From an uncultured Candidatus Saccharibacteria bacterium (GTDB lineage Bacteria > Patescibacteriota > Minisyncoccia > 2-02-FULL-40-12 > GWA2-44-9), in the NCBI GenBank assembly GCA_964488565.1, contig CAZAUE010000002.1, positions 40,048 through 104,047 of the forward strand: a stretch of DNA of 64,000 bases, given 5' to 3'. This document shows, piece after piece, positions 8,061-17,530 of the stretch. The translations under genes and the position numbers were made by a program. Below the pieces are notes generated by a model. That model ran no database searches. It saw nothing but the letters and a program-made list of their open reading frames with translations, and was not told the origin of the DNA. Within the stretch, counting starts at the first letter, position 1, and every line of letters starts with the position of its first letter.

Positions 8061-10172
8061 CTATCTGTGCCCCTTCATCGTCAAACTTATCTTTCCTGTG
8101 TCATCTACGGCTTTGACCCAGACGTGGACTTCCTGACCCACCTTCAAAACATCAGTTACTTTGCTTACTCTTTCGTTGCTGATTTCAGATACATGAACCA
8201 TTCCATCTTTGCCAGGCATTATTTCCACAAAGGCCCCGAAGTCTCTGATGCTTACAACTGTGCCATCAAATTCATCTCCAGTTTTTACTTCGTAAGTAAC
8301 CTCGGCGATAAGAGCTAAGGCCTTTTTCATTCCTTCTGGAGTCATAGATGTGACGAATACGGAACCATCATCTTCAATATCTATTTCAGCTCCGGTTTTC
8401 TCAATGATTTCATTAATTACTTTTCCGCCTGGGCCAATAAGGGCTCCTATCTTGGCGGGATTTATTTTCACGGTTTGTATGCGAGGTGCATGAGCTGATA
8501 ATTCAGCTCTCGGAGCAGAAATTGCTTTATTTATAACATCCAAAATTTCCAAGCGAGCCTTAAGGGCTTGCGCTAATGTTTCTTCAACTATTTTGGGAGT
8601 AATACCATCAACTTTTACATCCATCTGCATACCAGTAACACCATCTTTGGTTCCAGCAACTTTCAAGTCCATGTCACCATGATGATCTTCTGGTCCCTGA
8701 ATGTCGGTAAGGATTTTATACTTCTCATTTTTTTCATCAAACATCAATCCCATAGCAATACCGGCAGCAGGGGATTTGATAGGAACTCCACCATCCATTA
8801 ACGCTAGAGTGGAACCGCAAACCGAGGCCATGGATGAAGAACCGTTAGACGATAGAATTTCTGACACCAAACGAATGGTGTAAGGAAATGCGTCTTTGTC
8901 GGGAATTATTGGCTCAAGAGAACGTTCTGCCAAATATCCATGTCCAACCTCTCTGCGTCCAAGGGCACCGACACGTTTTACCTCACCAGTTGAATATGGA
9001 GGAAAGCTGTAATGATGCATAAAGCGCTTCTTTGTAAGATTTATTTCCATGGTTTCAAGCCATTGTTCCATGCCTGGAGCAGCAAGTGTCAAAATAGACA
9101 AAGCTTGTGTTGTTCCCCGATTAAACAATCCTGAACCGTGAACACGAGGAAGAATTGAGGTGTCAGCTGATAGAGCACGAAGTTGATCAATCTTTCTTCC
9201 GTCTGGTCGTTTTCCTTCCTCAAGGACATTCTTGTGAACCATTCGATCTATTTCTTCTTCAAAAATTACGCTTACTTCGCTTAATTTTTTAGCAAGATTA
9301 AGGTCTGCTTCATATGTAGCCTTAAAATGGTCCATGAGTTCAGTCTTAATCTGACCAATTCCTTCATACAATTCGTCCTTGCCTTTGCCAGGTAAATAAA
9401 GAGCAACCCGAAGCTTGTCTTCGGTAAGTTTTCGGACCTCTTCAACTAATGCGACATCATGTACTGCAATAGTAAGCTCTTTCTTTGGTTTTCCGACTTC
9501 GCTCGCAATTTTTTTCTGAAAATCAGTCAATTGTTTGAGGGACTCAAAACCAGCATTGATTGCATCAGACATATCTTTTTCAGGAACGATCTTTGCACCG
9601 GCTTCAATCATGTTAATTCTTGTTTCTGTTCCAGCAACAACAATGTCAAAATCACTCAAAGCTCGTTCGGCATAAGTAGGGTTAAAGATCAGTTTTCCGT
9701 CTACGCGGCCAACACGAACACCAGCAATCGGGCCATCAAAAGGTATGTCGGAAATCATCAACGCAAGAGATGCGCCAAAAAGCGCCACGATATCTGAATC
9801 GTTAACGTAATCAAACGACAAAACTGTTGCAACAACCTGAATTTCGTTTCTGATTTTATTATTAAATCTGGGTCGGAGAGGTCGATCAATTAATCGGCCT
9901 GCAAGTATGGCTTCTTCTGTTGGTCTGCCATCGCGTTTTACCCAATTTGAGCCCTTAATTTTTCCGGCGGCATAATATTTTTCTTCGTACTCAACCTGAA
10001 GAGGGAGGTAGTCAACGGCTTTTTCAGCGTTCGACATGGTGGCATTAACCATAACGGTAGTTTCACCATATTGAACAACACAAACACCATTAGCCTGTCC
10101 ACCGAGACGACCTAATTCGACCTTGAGGGTTTTCCCCGCAAAGTCCATACTATATGTTTTTACTTCTGCCAT
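8061..10172 (-). CDS. pnp: polynucleotide phosphorylase (PNPase)
   Basis: 703 aa with two RNase PH domains, KH and a C-terminal S1 domain (GTVVSIRDFGAFVEI). Classic PNPase order. Confidence 0.95.
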   Translation of the reverse strand: MAEVKTYSMDFAGKTLKVELGRLGGQANGVCVVQYGETTVMVNATMSNAEKAVDYLPLQVEYEEKYYAAGKIKGSNWVKRDGRPTEEAILAGRLIDRPLRPRFNNKIRNEIQVVATVLSFDYVNDSDIVALFGASLALMISDIPFDGPIAGVRVGRVDGKLIFNPTYAERALSDFDIVVAGTETRINMIEAGAKIVPEKDMSDAINAGFESLKQLTDFQKKIASEVGKPKKELTIAVHDVALVEEVRKLTEDKLRVALYLPGKGKDELYEGIGQIKTELMDHFKATYEADLNLAKKLSEVSVIFEEEIDRMVHKNVLEEGKRPDGRKIDQLRALSADTSILPRVHGSGLFNRGTTQALSILTLAAPGMEQWLETMEINLTKKRFMHHYSFPPYSTGEVKRVGALGRREVGHGYLAERSLEPIIPDKDAFPYTIRLVSEILSSNGSSSMASVCGSTLALMDGGVPIKSPAAGIAMGLMFDEKNEKYKILTDIQGPEDHHGDMDLKVAGTKDGVTGMQMDVKVDGITPKIVEETLAQALKARLEILDVINKAISAPRAELSAHAPRIQTVKINPAKIGALIGPGGKVINEIIEKTGAEIDIEDDGSVFVTSMTPEGMKKALALIAEVTYEVKTGDEFDGTVVSIRDFGAFVEIMPGKDGMVHVSEISNERVSKVTDVLKVGQEVHVWVKAVDDTGKISLTMKGHR

Positions 10173-10368
10173 GTTTAAATACCAACAAAAGAGTGACCTG
10201 CCTGCGCAGGCAGGGAAACAAACTGGCCGAATATCTCAAGTAATAATTAAGATATTTGGCCAAATTATAGCCCCTTATAGTTAGTTTTTTGCGCCCTTGT
10301 TGGTTGTTAATTAACTTATCATGAAGATACCACAACACTTAAGAAAAATCCAGCCTTTAGCTGGATTT

Positions 10369-10881
10369 TTACTTCAGAAGAATCTTATCTTTCAACTCCT
10401 CTAGATCTGTGAAATTATTGGCAACATCTATTAATTTTGAACTGGCGCTTCTTTTGAAACCAACGACTTCTACGATTATTCCACTGAATTTAAGGTATTC
10501 TACCAATGGCTCATAGTCACCATCTCCTGATACAAGCACCACAACATCAAGTTGTTTAGATAAGCTGATTGCATCTACAGCAATAGCCACATCCCAATCT
10601 CCCTTTTTCATTCCCCCTGGGAATATCTGAAGGTCTTTGGATTTTAATTCGTAACCAGCCTTTTCAAGGGCATCAAAAAAGGCCTTCTCTTCATCGGTAT
10701 CGGATTTAACCACGTAGGCAATAGCTCTAACCAACTCTCTATTTGCGGTTGCGACCTTCAAAAGTTCACGAAAATTTACTCGTGATTTATAGAGATTTTT
10801 TGCCGAATGGTACATGTTTGAGACATCGACAAAAACACCAATTCTGTGATTCTTTCTTTGAGGGACCGTTACTTTGTGCAT
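10369..10881 (-). CDS. NYN/LabA-like (PIN-related) domain protein
   Basis: IGVFVDVSNMYH...DVAIAVDAI...VVLVSGDGDY motifs typical of the NYN/LabA family. Encoded immediately upstream of rpsO-pnp. Confidence 0.65.
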   Translation of the reverse strand: MHKVTVPQRKNHRIGVFVDVSNMYHSAKNLYKSRVNFRELLKVATANRELVRAIAYVVKSDTDEEKAFFDALEKAGYELKSKDLQIFPGGMKKGDWDVAIAVDAISLSKQLDVVVLVSGDGDYEPLVEYLKFSGIIVEVVGFKRSASSKLIDVANNFTDLEELKDKILLK

Positions 10882-10899
10882 GAGATAGTGAAAACTCTA

Positions 10900-11166
10900 T
10901 TATTTATCCAAACCTAACTTCTTAACAACTGAAGAGTGTCTTTTTGGAGCTTCTCTTTTCAAGTAATCCAGGAGTCGTTTTCTTTTTGAAACCATCTTTA
11001 AAAGTCCGAGTCTGGATGAGTTGTCTTTTCCGTGCTTTTTGAGGTGCTTAGCCAACTGTTCAATTTCTTCAGTAAACAAAGCAATCTGCGCTTCAGCAGA
11101 TCCTGTATCCTTGTCGTGAATCTTGACCTTGTCTATGACTTTTGTTTTTTCCTTTGGAGTTAACAT
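10900..11166 (-). CDS. rpsO: 30S ribosomal protein S15
   Basis: 88 aa. Matches the S15 consensus (DTGSAEAQIALFTEEIEQLAKHLKKHGKDNSSRLGLLKMVSKRKRLLDYLK). Confidence 0.9.
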   Translation of the reverse strand: MLTPKEKTKVIDKVKIHDKDTGSAEAQIALFTEEIEQLAKHLKKHGKDNSSRLGLLKMVSKRKRLLDYLKREAPKRHSSVVKKLGLDK

Positions 11167-11358
11167 GAATTTGTGCGTATCTTCCAGTCGTAACCAGATG
11201 ACCGCGGTTAATATTTCAATATCTGCTTATTTTACCACAACAAAAACAAATCTGCAAACCCTCTTTTCTTTCCATTTTTTACAGAAAATTCTATACTTAT
11301 TATGCGACAGAGTTCCTCGGTGGGCTAAAGCACCACCAGGAAACCACTCCGCCCACCC

Positions 11359-12270
11359 ATGGACATTAAGACACTAAAAATCCAATATCTTGAACATCTA
11401 GAAATAGAGAAGAATCGTTCAGCTAAAACCCTTGAGAATTACGGGCGTTATTTGGATAGATTTTTACAATTCGCAAAAGTTTCCAATCCATCAGGAATTA
11501 CCGAAGATTTAATAAGACAGTACCGACTTCACTTAAACCGCCTGAAAGACAAAGAGGGGAACACTCTAAAAAAAGTCACCCAAAACTATCACATCATTGC
11601 CTTAAGAAATTTTTTGAAGTATTTAGCCAAAAGAGATATAAAATCCGTCCCAGCTGAAAAGGTTGAATTAGGAAAACAAGAAGATAGAGAAGTCACATTT
11701 CTTGAGGCTGATGAATTAGAAAGATTATTAAAATCACCCGAAGGAGATAATTTAGACACATTAAGAGACAGGGCTGTTCTTGGTACTTTGTTTAGTACTG
11801 GCATGCGTGTCTCTGAGCTTTGTTCATTGGATAGAAATAAAATAGACACAACTCGAGGAGAGCTAAGCATACGCGGGAAGGGGAGTAAGATTAGGGTGGT
11901 GTTTCTTTCTGATGACGCCAAAGAAGACATCAGTAAATACCTCTCTAAGCGTTCCGACATTGATGAGGCTCTTTTTATTCGAATTCCTAAATCAAAAACT
12001 TTTTCCAAAGACGACAACTTAAGGCTTACCCCACGAAGCATCCAAAGAATAGTTCAAAAATACGCCACCAAATCCGGCATCATGGGAAAGAGTGTCAGCC
12101 CTCACACCTTGCGTCACAGTTATGCCACCGACCTTCTACGCAATGGTGCCGACATCCGCTCCGTTCAGTCAATGCTCGGACACTCATCCGTCACTACAAC
12201 TCAAATCTATACTCACGTTACAGACAAGCAACTTAGAGAAGTGCACAAGAAATTTCATAACAAAAAATGA
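11359..12270 (+). CDS. xerC: tyrosine recombinase XerC/XerD family
   Basis: N-terminal SAM-like domain. Catalytic region with R...HTLRHSYAT...Y (TQIYTHV). 303 aa. Confidence 0.85.
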   Translation: MDIKTLKIQYLEHLEIEKNRSAKTLENYGRYLDRFLQFAKVSNPSGITEDLIRQYRLHLNRLKDKEGNTLKKVTQNYHIIALRNFLKYLAKRDIKSVPAEKVELGKQEDREVTFLEADELERLLKSPEGDNLDTLRDRAVLGTLFSTGMRVSELCSLDRNKIDTTRGELSIRGKGSKIRVVFLSDDAKEDISKYLSKRSDIDEALFIRIPKSKTFSKDDNLRLTPRSIQRIVQKYATKSGIMGKSVSPHTLRHSYATDLLRNGADIRSVQSMLGHSSVTTTQIYTHVTDKQLREVHKKFHNKK

Positions 12271-12287
12271 ACCGACAAATCGGTTCA

Positions 12288-12683
12288 TTAAAATCTTTTA
12301 GATCTAAGTTCTGGTCCATAATATGGATGTTTTCTTTTCTCGCCACAATGAGGACACTTGAAACTCAACCAATACTTATAGACATGGGAATGTAATCTCT
12401 CTGGGTCACCGCCCAACCACTTACACTCGTATTCATAATCTGGCAAAACCGGACCTTCAATTTTCACAATTTTACCTATGGCCATATAGCTAAAAGAAGA
12501 ATTTTTAGCACAAAATCTTGCTTCAATGGCCAAAGCCATATCACCAACTCTAAAAACTTTCTTTTCTTTTGTTCTTGATTCACATTCTATGGCTTTTCTT
12601 TGAGTACGATATTTAGTTCCACAAACTTCACATTGAAAAGAGCGGACTGTATGCGCAGGAACTCGTCTGATTATCTTCTTCAT
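12288..12683 (-). CDS. zinc-ribbon protein, hypothetical
   Basis: CEVCG...CPHCGEK Cys pairs. 131 aa. Overlaps the start of the downstream M23 gene by 4 nt (operon). Confidence 0.4.
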   Translation of the reverse strand: MKKIIRRVPAHTVRSFQCEVCGTKYRTQRKAIECESRTKEKKVFRVGDMALAIEARFCAKNSSFSYMAIGKIVKIEGPVLPDYEYECKWLGGDPERLHSHVYKYWLSFKCPHCGEKRKHPYYGPELRSKRF

Positions 12684-13612
12684 TGTATTTCTCCATAAGG
12701 AAGGGCTGAGTTGATTGTATCAATAAACACTAGCGGGTCAACGTTCGTTCCATGAACTTTAATCATGAAATGAAGATGTGGAGATGCTTTCCGAGGCGTT
12801 GCTCCTGTTAAGGCAACAACCTGCCCCTTTTTAACAACATCTCCAACCTTAACTTTAAATTTAGACAAGTGCAGATACAAAGAAATAACTCCGGAGCCGT
12901 GATCAATGATGAGCATGTTTCCTTCTGTCCCTTGAATCGGAAAATTATGGGCCAGCAGAACTCGTCCTGAATTAATTGCAACAACAGGTAGGGGAGTTCT
13001 GGCCCTTAAGTCCGTTCCGGCATGATAAACAGTTTGTTGAATTTTTATTTTCTTTGTCTTTTTATCACGCTGTCCGTACAAGCGGGGAGTGCCAAAGTTA
13101 TCGGTTTTTTCAATACTTTCTAATGGATACAAGAATGGCCCCACCGCATAATTTTCATAAAAATTGGCGGATTTATATGCTTTGTTTTTTATTGCCTGCT
13201 CTTTGGCACGTTGCTCTTGAATGAGTTTATTTTTGGGTCTAAGTGAACCAACAAACCAAGGATCTCCGAAAACAGTTTCCTTAACATCTATGTGAGTATA
13301 ATAGAAATCAAACTGTTTAGCTTTCTGATATTCTTGATATTCAACCAAATAGACCAAATAACTACCCGGCTTTTGACTGATCTCGACTCCAACAAAAACA
13401 AATCCATTAGAGTCAAAAGGGTAGTCTCTATCAAAAACACGAAGCCCCAAATTTTTACCAACCAAATCGGAAGCGACTCTCACCACTAAAACTTCGCCCT
13501 GATTAACAAATGACTTACGGTTGTAAACCTCGAAGCTCTGAGCATAAGCTTGGGATAGTGATAAAAACATAAAGCAAATAATGGCCCCGGCCATTCGTAC
13601 ACATTTTTGCAT
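12680..13612 (-). CDS. M23 family metallopeptidase, secreted
   Basis: Signal peptide, then C-terminal M23 motifs (HAGTDL...; GNMLIIDHGSGVISLYLHL; GATPRKASPHLHFMIKVHG). Confidence 0.75.
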   Translation of the reverse strand: MQKCVRMAGAIICFMFLSLSQAYAQSFEVYNRKSFVNQGEVLVVRVASDLVGKNLGLRVFDRDYPFDSNGFVFVGVEISQKPGSYLVYLVEYQEYQKAKQFDFYYTHIDVKETVFGDPWFVGSLRPKNKLIQEQRAKEQAIKNKAYKSANFYENYAVGPFLYPLESIEKTDNFGTPRLYGQRDKKTKKIKIQQTVYHAGTDLRARTPLPVVAINSGRVLLAHNFPIQGTEGNMLIIDHGSGVISLYLHLSKFKVKVGDVVKKGQVVALTGATPRKASPHLHFMIKVHGTNVDPLVFIDTINSALPYGEIQ

Positions 13613-13702
13613 TGTAAAGGTCCTTCTTTGATACTAATTGCTTACAAAAATACCGCATTTAGCGGTATTGGTAAAGGAGGAGGAAGTCTGGGGGGGACTC
13701 GG

Positions 13703-13880
13703 TCACAGATAATTCTTCACTACTGGGGAGGGACTCGCCCACAAGTTGAATTGTCTTCCGACAATTCTCTTGCGGGCCCAGCTCGTGGTTTCGCTCGCCA
13801 ATTGCTCGCGAAACATCACTGCGCTTTTCGAGTCACTACGCGAGCCAAGCAGTTGGCTCGCTCCCTCGGGCTACTGAGTA
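13703..13880. repeat. GC-rich insert downstream of tRNA-Leu carrying a partial duplicate of the tRNA 3' end
   Basis: ctggggagggactcg at 13723-13737 duplicates the tRNA-Leu T-arm and acceptor sequence (13929-13943). It shares the cccagctcgtggttt...aacatcactgcgcttt module with 32470-32530. GC content is far above the flanks. Confidence 0.6.
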
Positions 13881-13920
13881 GTAAATTAAAATCGCTGTAA
13901 TTACAGCGATTTTAATTTAC
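13881..13920. repeat. perfect 40-bp palindrome (bidirectional hairpin terminator) at the tRNA-Leu 3' end
   Basis: gtaaattaaaatcgctgtaa|ttacagcgattttaatttac: perfect 20-bp arms. Separates tRNA-Leu from the GC-rich insert. Confidence 0.7.
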
Positions 13921-13925
13921 TAAAG

Positions 13926-14007
13926 TGCCCGGGGAGGGACTCGAACCCTCAATCCTTACGGAACACGATTTTAAGTCGTGCGTGTATACCAATTCCACCA
14001 CCCGGGC
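13926..14007 (-). tRNA. tRNA-Leu (anticodon TAA), long variable arm
   Basis: Minus-strand cloverleaf: acceptor gcccggg/cccgggc, anticodon loop cuUAAaa, T arm gaggg-ttcgagt-ccctc. No encoded CCA. Confidence 0.75.
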
Positions 14008-14121
14008 AAACATATTTCTGCCTTAATTTATCATAAATTCCAAATAATATAAACCCTCCTTTACAGCCCTCGGGACTTGTGAGAAAATCTTCTTGCTCTT
14101 TAAAATCAGAGGACTCAAAAA

Positions 14122-14787
14122 GTGTTGGGAACAAAACCATCCAAAAAAGTTATTACTTTTGCCATATCCGACAAGGAATATAAAAAATTTGGCTGTCCTG
14201 TTTGCGGACACGCTACAAGTAAGTGGTCATTCATGGGTGGTGGTGGATTAGTCGTAACATGTAAAAATACTAACTGCGAATCTATTTTTTATATCCTCAT
14301 TGGAAACTTCAAATCTTTTTACGTTAGATTTACCGATAAAACCGGCAAGTGTTTTACCCCAAAACTAGAAACGCATCCACGCAAAAACATACCTGCGTGG
14401 GGTGCAAGAGAGGATAAGAGATCACCAAAGACGGGCGAATTTTTTACGAACCCAAGCCAGTCTGAATATCGACACGGCCTTTGTTTTATTTGCAAAGATG
14501 TTTGCCGACTCCCGATTGACATAGAATGGCCAATGAAAAATCTTTTTTCTGTTAGCTTTAAAACACCCTGCGAAGAAGCGGCAAAAAGAATTCAAAAAAT
14601 CTTTGAAGCAAATGGACTTTGCATAAACACAGTAGGAAGTGGGGAAGAATATCCTCCTTCATTTTATCTTATAAACGTTTCCAGTTGCGTTGCTCACAAA
14701 CCCAATCTCTTAGAACTCCAAAAGGTTGCAAGAGAGAAGGGGGTCATCAACAAGAAAATCCTTTCAAAAATAAAGGCCCTCAAGTAG
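14122..14787 (+). CDS. hypothetical Cys-rich (zinc-finger-like) protein
   Basis: 221 aa with CPVCGH...CKNTNC and further Cys/His clusters. Lies between two tRNA genes. Terminator hairpin at 14788-14820. Confidence 0.4.
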   Translation: MLGTKPSKKVITFAISDKEYKKFGCPVCGHATSKWSFMGGGGLVVTCKNTNCESIFYILIGNFKSFYVRFTDKTGKCFTPKLETHPRKNIPAWGAREDKRSPKTGEFFTNPSQSEYRHGLCFICKDVCRLPIDIEWPMKNLFSVSFKTPCEEAAKRIQKIFEANGLCINTVGSGEEYPPSFYLINVSSCVAHKPNLLELQKVAREKGVINKKILSKIKALK

Positions 14788-14817
14788 GGTCTTTTTTATA
14801 TCTGATATTTTTACTTG

Positions 14818-14889
14818 AGGCGGCGGGCGGAATCGAACCGCCGTATAGGAGTTTTGCAGACTCCTGCCTTACCACTTGGCTACGCCGCC
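14818..14889 (-). tRNA. tRNA-Cys (anticodon GCA)
   Basis: Acceptor ggcggcg/cgccgcc, anticodon loop cuGCAaa, T arm ggcgg-ttcgatt-ccgcc, discriminator U73 as expected for Cys. Confidence 0.75.
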
Positions 14890-14895
14890 CTAACC

Positions 14896-16425
14896 TTAAA
14901 TAGAACGCTTGATTCTTTCCTCCTCGTATATATCTAATATATCTCCAACCTTAACATCTGCAAAATCTTTAGAAACAATATCAAACCTAATTCCAGCTTC
15001 AAGACCTTCTTTAACTTCAGGCATATCTTCTTTATTGTGCTGAAGTTGGCCAATCTTGCCCGTAATCACAACTAAACCGTTTCTTGTAACATCTCCCATT
15101 GCCCCCCTGACAACTTTGCCTGACATAACTCTGCCTCCAAATATTTGAGCTCTAGCATCTTTTTTAAACGTTGCCAAAACTTTTAATTTTCCAAGAGGAT
15201 TTTTCTTTATCTCCGCTCCCAAGAGAGCTGACATTTCTTCTCTAACATATTCTATTAATTCATAAATAATATCAAAATTAGATATTTTGATTCCTTCTTT
15301 GTCTGCTATTTTTTTTGCTGACTCTTCTGTTCCAACCCTAAAACCAATAACCTGACATTTTGAAGCAACAGCTGTTTTAATGTCGGCTTCAGAAATATTA
15401 CCAATATCATACGATATAACACGATAACCAATCTCAACTGATTTTATTGCCTTAAGTGAAGCTTCTATTGCTTCTAAAGAACTTGAGACGTCAGATTTAA
15501 AAACAAGATTCAAAAACTTTTTATTTTCATCACCAGTCTCAACGGAACCCTTAAAGAAAGTGAATAGGGGAGCGAGGTTAATATTACCTTCAGCAATTTT
15601 AGTTGCTTCGTCTTTGTTTGGAGCCACAACAAATTCTTTGCCGATATCCGGAGTTGTTGGCCATCCTGTAACCAAAACAGGCTGAGATGGTTTGGCCTGA
15701 ACAATGGCTTTGCCCATGAAATCTTCCATAGATTTTACTTTTCCAACAACAGTTCCAACAACGAGCCAGTCGCCCACACTAAGAATTCCTTTTTGAATCA
15801 ATACGGTGGCGACGTAGCCCCTTCTTTTATCTAGATTGGATTCAATTATTATTCCCGTAGCCGGTGATTCTAAATCTTCATTTAATTCTTCGAGCTCTGC
15901 CACCAAAAGAATCATGTCTAAAAGGGCATCTATGTTTCTGCCTTCTTTAGCTGAAATTTCTATAACAGGAACTGTTCCACCCCAATCTTCAACCAAAACA
16001 TCTTCTGTCGCTAAGTCTTGTTTAACCTTTTGAACATTTGCCCCTTCTTTGTCCATCTTATTTAATGCAACAATAAAAGGAATCTTCGCTTCTTTGATAA
16101 TTTTAATAGCTTCTTTTGTTTGAGGCTTTACGCTTTCATCGGCGGCAACCACCAAAATAGCAATGTCGGCCACTTTTGCCCCACGAGAACGAATGGCAGT
16201 AAAAGCTTCATGACCAGGTGTATCTAAAAAGGTAATAATCTTCCCATTAATATCTGTCTGATATGCTCCGATATGCTGAGTTATCCCACCAGATTCTCCT
16301 TCAGCTATTTTTGTTTTTCTTATTGTATCCAAGAGTTTTGTCTTGCCATGGTCGACATGACCCAAAACGACCACCACTGGTGGTCTTACGTTTTTGCCGT
16401 TTTTTATATCTTTAATGTCTGCCAT
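14896..16425 (-). CDS. infB: translation initiation factor IF-2 (short form lacking N-terminal domains)
   Basis: G domain VVLGHVDHGKTKLLD...DTPGHEAF...NKMD, followed by the IF-2 beta-barrel domains. Only 509 aa. Confidence 0.9.
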   Translation of the reverse strand: MADIKDIKNGKNVRPPVVVVLGHVDHGKTKLLDTIRKTKIAEGESGGITQHIGAYQTDINGKIITFLDTPGHEAFTAIRSRGAKVADIAILVVAADESVKPQTKEAIKIIKEAKIPFIVALNKMDKEGANVQKVKQDLATEDVLVEDWGGTVPVIEISAKEGRNIDALLDMILLVAELEELNEDLESPATGIIIESNLDKRRGYVATVLIQKGILSVGDWLVVGTVVGKVKSMEDFMGKAIVQAKPSQPVLVTGWPTTPDIGKEFVVAPNKDEATKIAEGNINLAPLFTFFKGSVETGDENKKFLNLVFKSDVSSSLEAIEASLKAIKSVEIGYRVISYDIGNISEADIKTAVASKCQVIGFRVGTEESAKKIADKEGIKISNFDIIYELIEYVREEMSALLGAEIKKNPLGKLKVLATFKKDARAQIFGGRVMSGKVVRGAMGDVTRNGLVVITGKIGQLQHNKEDMPEVKEGLEAGIRFDIVSKDFADVKVGDILDIYEEERIKRSI

Positions 16426-16525
16426 TTGAACCCGTAAATTATATCATTTTAAGCCCAAAATATCAATAAAAACCTACCTAAGAAGTTGAAATGAAACAAA
16501 AATAATGTTAAAATAGTATGGATTT

Positions 16526-16615
16526 GGAGACGTGTCAGAGTGGTCTAATGTGCCTCTTTGCTAAAGAGGTGATCGGTTTATCCCGGTCCGGAGGTTCGAA
16601 TCCTCCCGTCTCCGC
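16526..16615 (+). tRNA. tRNA-Ser (anticodon GCT), long variable arm
   Basis: Acceptor ggagacg/cgtctcc, anticodon loop uuGCUaa, long variable arm, T arm ggagg-ttcgaat-cctcc. Confidence 0.75.
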
Positions 16616-16761
16616 AGTGATAAATAAGGACAGCCGGTGGCTGTCCTTATTTAGTATCAATGCGTGATAGGGAGGATGAGAAAGGCGGAGCGCTGGCGCG
16701 AGCCGGGGTCGCGGAATTTTTCAGTAGAAAAATATCTGTGACCGAATCCTCCCGTCTCCGC
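16616..16761. repeat. about 145-bp GC-rich insert after tRNA-Ser ending in a 19-bp duplicate of the tRNA 3' end
   Basis: cgaatcctcccgtctccgc at 16597-16615 is repeated at 16743-16761. The insert begins with a terminator hairpin (aaataaggacagccggtggctgtccttattt) and contains the cgcgagccggggtcgcgg module. Confidence 0.65.
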
Positions 16762-16765
16762 CAAC

Positions 16766-17488
16766 TTACCCCCTCGCAACCACCAAAGCTACAACTCTTG
16801 AGGCTCCACCAGCCTTCAAGATCTTGGCACATTCATTTAATGTTGCTCCCGTGGTGCAAACATCATCTACCAACAACACCTCTCGCCCAATTATTTTTTC
16901 TTTATTTTTTATCCTAAAAATTCCATTCAAATTTTTTAATCTTTCTTCTCTCTCTTTAATGTCTGCCTGTGGGGTGGCGTTAATTGTTCGCTCAACAACA
17001 TCAACCGCCATTTCCATTTGAAATGTATCGGAGATATTTTTGGCCAATAATTCTGACTGATTAAAACCTCTCCAATTTAAACGCCTCAAATGAAGAGGCA
17101 CGGGAATCAAAAGGGGATTAGACTCAAAGACATTAAACTTTTTATCCAACGTTAGCCACTTAAGATACTTCTTAATTAAAACAGATAATGGCTGTTCCAA
17201 ATCAGATATAAATTTATACTTAAAGAACTTGAGAGTTTTTTCAACTAAGTGATTCTTATAATCCGCCACAATTAACAACTGATCAGCGGGGTTGGTCTTG
17301 GTGCAAAGAAAACAGGTTTGCCCAAAAGGAGTGTTCCTTTTACATCCTATGCATTCAAAGGACTTCTTTGTTGGTATTGCCCCAAGACATCCTCGACAAA
17401 CATAATCGCCAAAATCACCACAATCTATACATCTAATAGGGAAAATTGTATCCAAGAGCCAAACAAGGCCTTTCTGGGGATAATTCAT
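16766..17488 (-). CDS. comFC: competence protein ComFC (phosphoribosyltransferase-type)
   Basis: N-terminal Cys4 zinc finger (CIDCGDFGDYVCRGC). C-terminal PRTase motif VLLVDDVCTTGATL. Confidence 0.8.
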   Translation of the reverse strand: MNYPQKGLVWLLDTIFPIRCIDCGDFGDYVCRGCLGAIPTKKSFECIGCKRNTPFGQTCFLCTKTNPADQLLIVADYKNHLVEKTLKFFKYKFISDLEQPLSVLIKKYLKWLTLDKKFNVFESNPLLIPVPLHLRRLNWRGFNQSELLAKNISDTFQMEMAVDVVERTINATPQADIKEREERLKNLNGIFRIKNKEKIIGREVLLVDDVCTTGATLNECAKILKAGGASRVVALVVARG

Positions 17489-17530
17489 AATATATAGACA
17501 AAGATATTATGCTATACTTTTATTGTAGTA

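Noticed and set aside
7863-8318. 151-aa plus-strand ORF
   Set aside because: Lies entirely antisense to the 3' end of pnp, a well-supported gene. It is a shadow ORF with no independent signals.
13607-13900. 97-aa ORF (MHCKGPS...)
   Set aside because: Lies wholly within the GC-rich tRNA-Leu-flanking repeat insert. It is Arg/Gly/Ala-rich, as expected for random GC-rich sequence, and has no RBS.
16647-16917. ORFs of 61 and 85 aa next to tRNA-Ser
   Set aside because: They overlap the repeat insert, the duplicated tRNA end and the comFC 3' end. They are composition artefacts.
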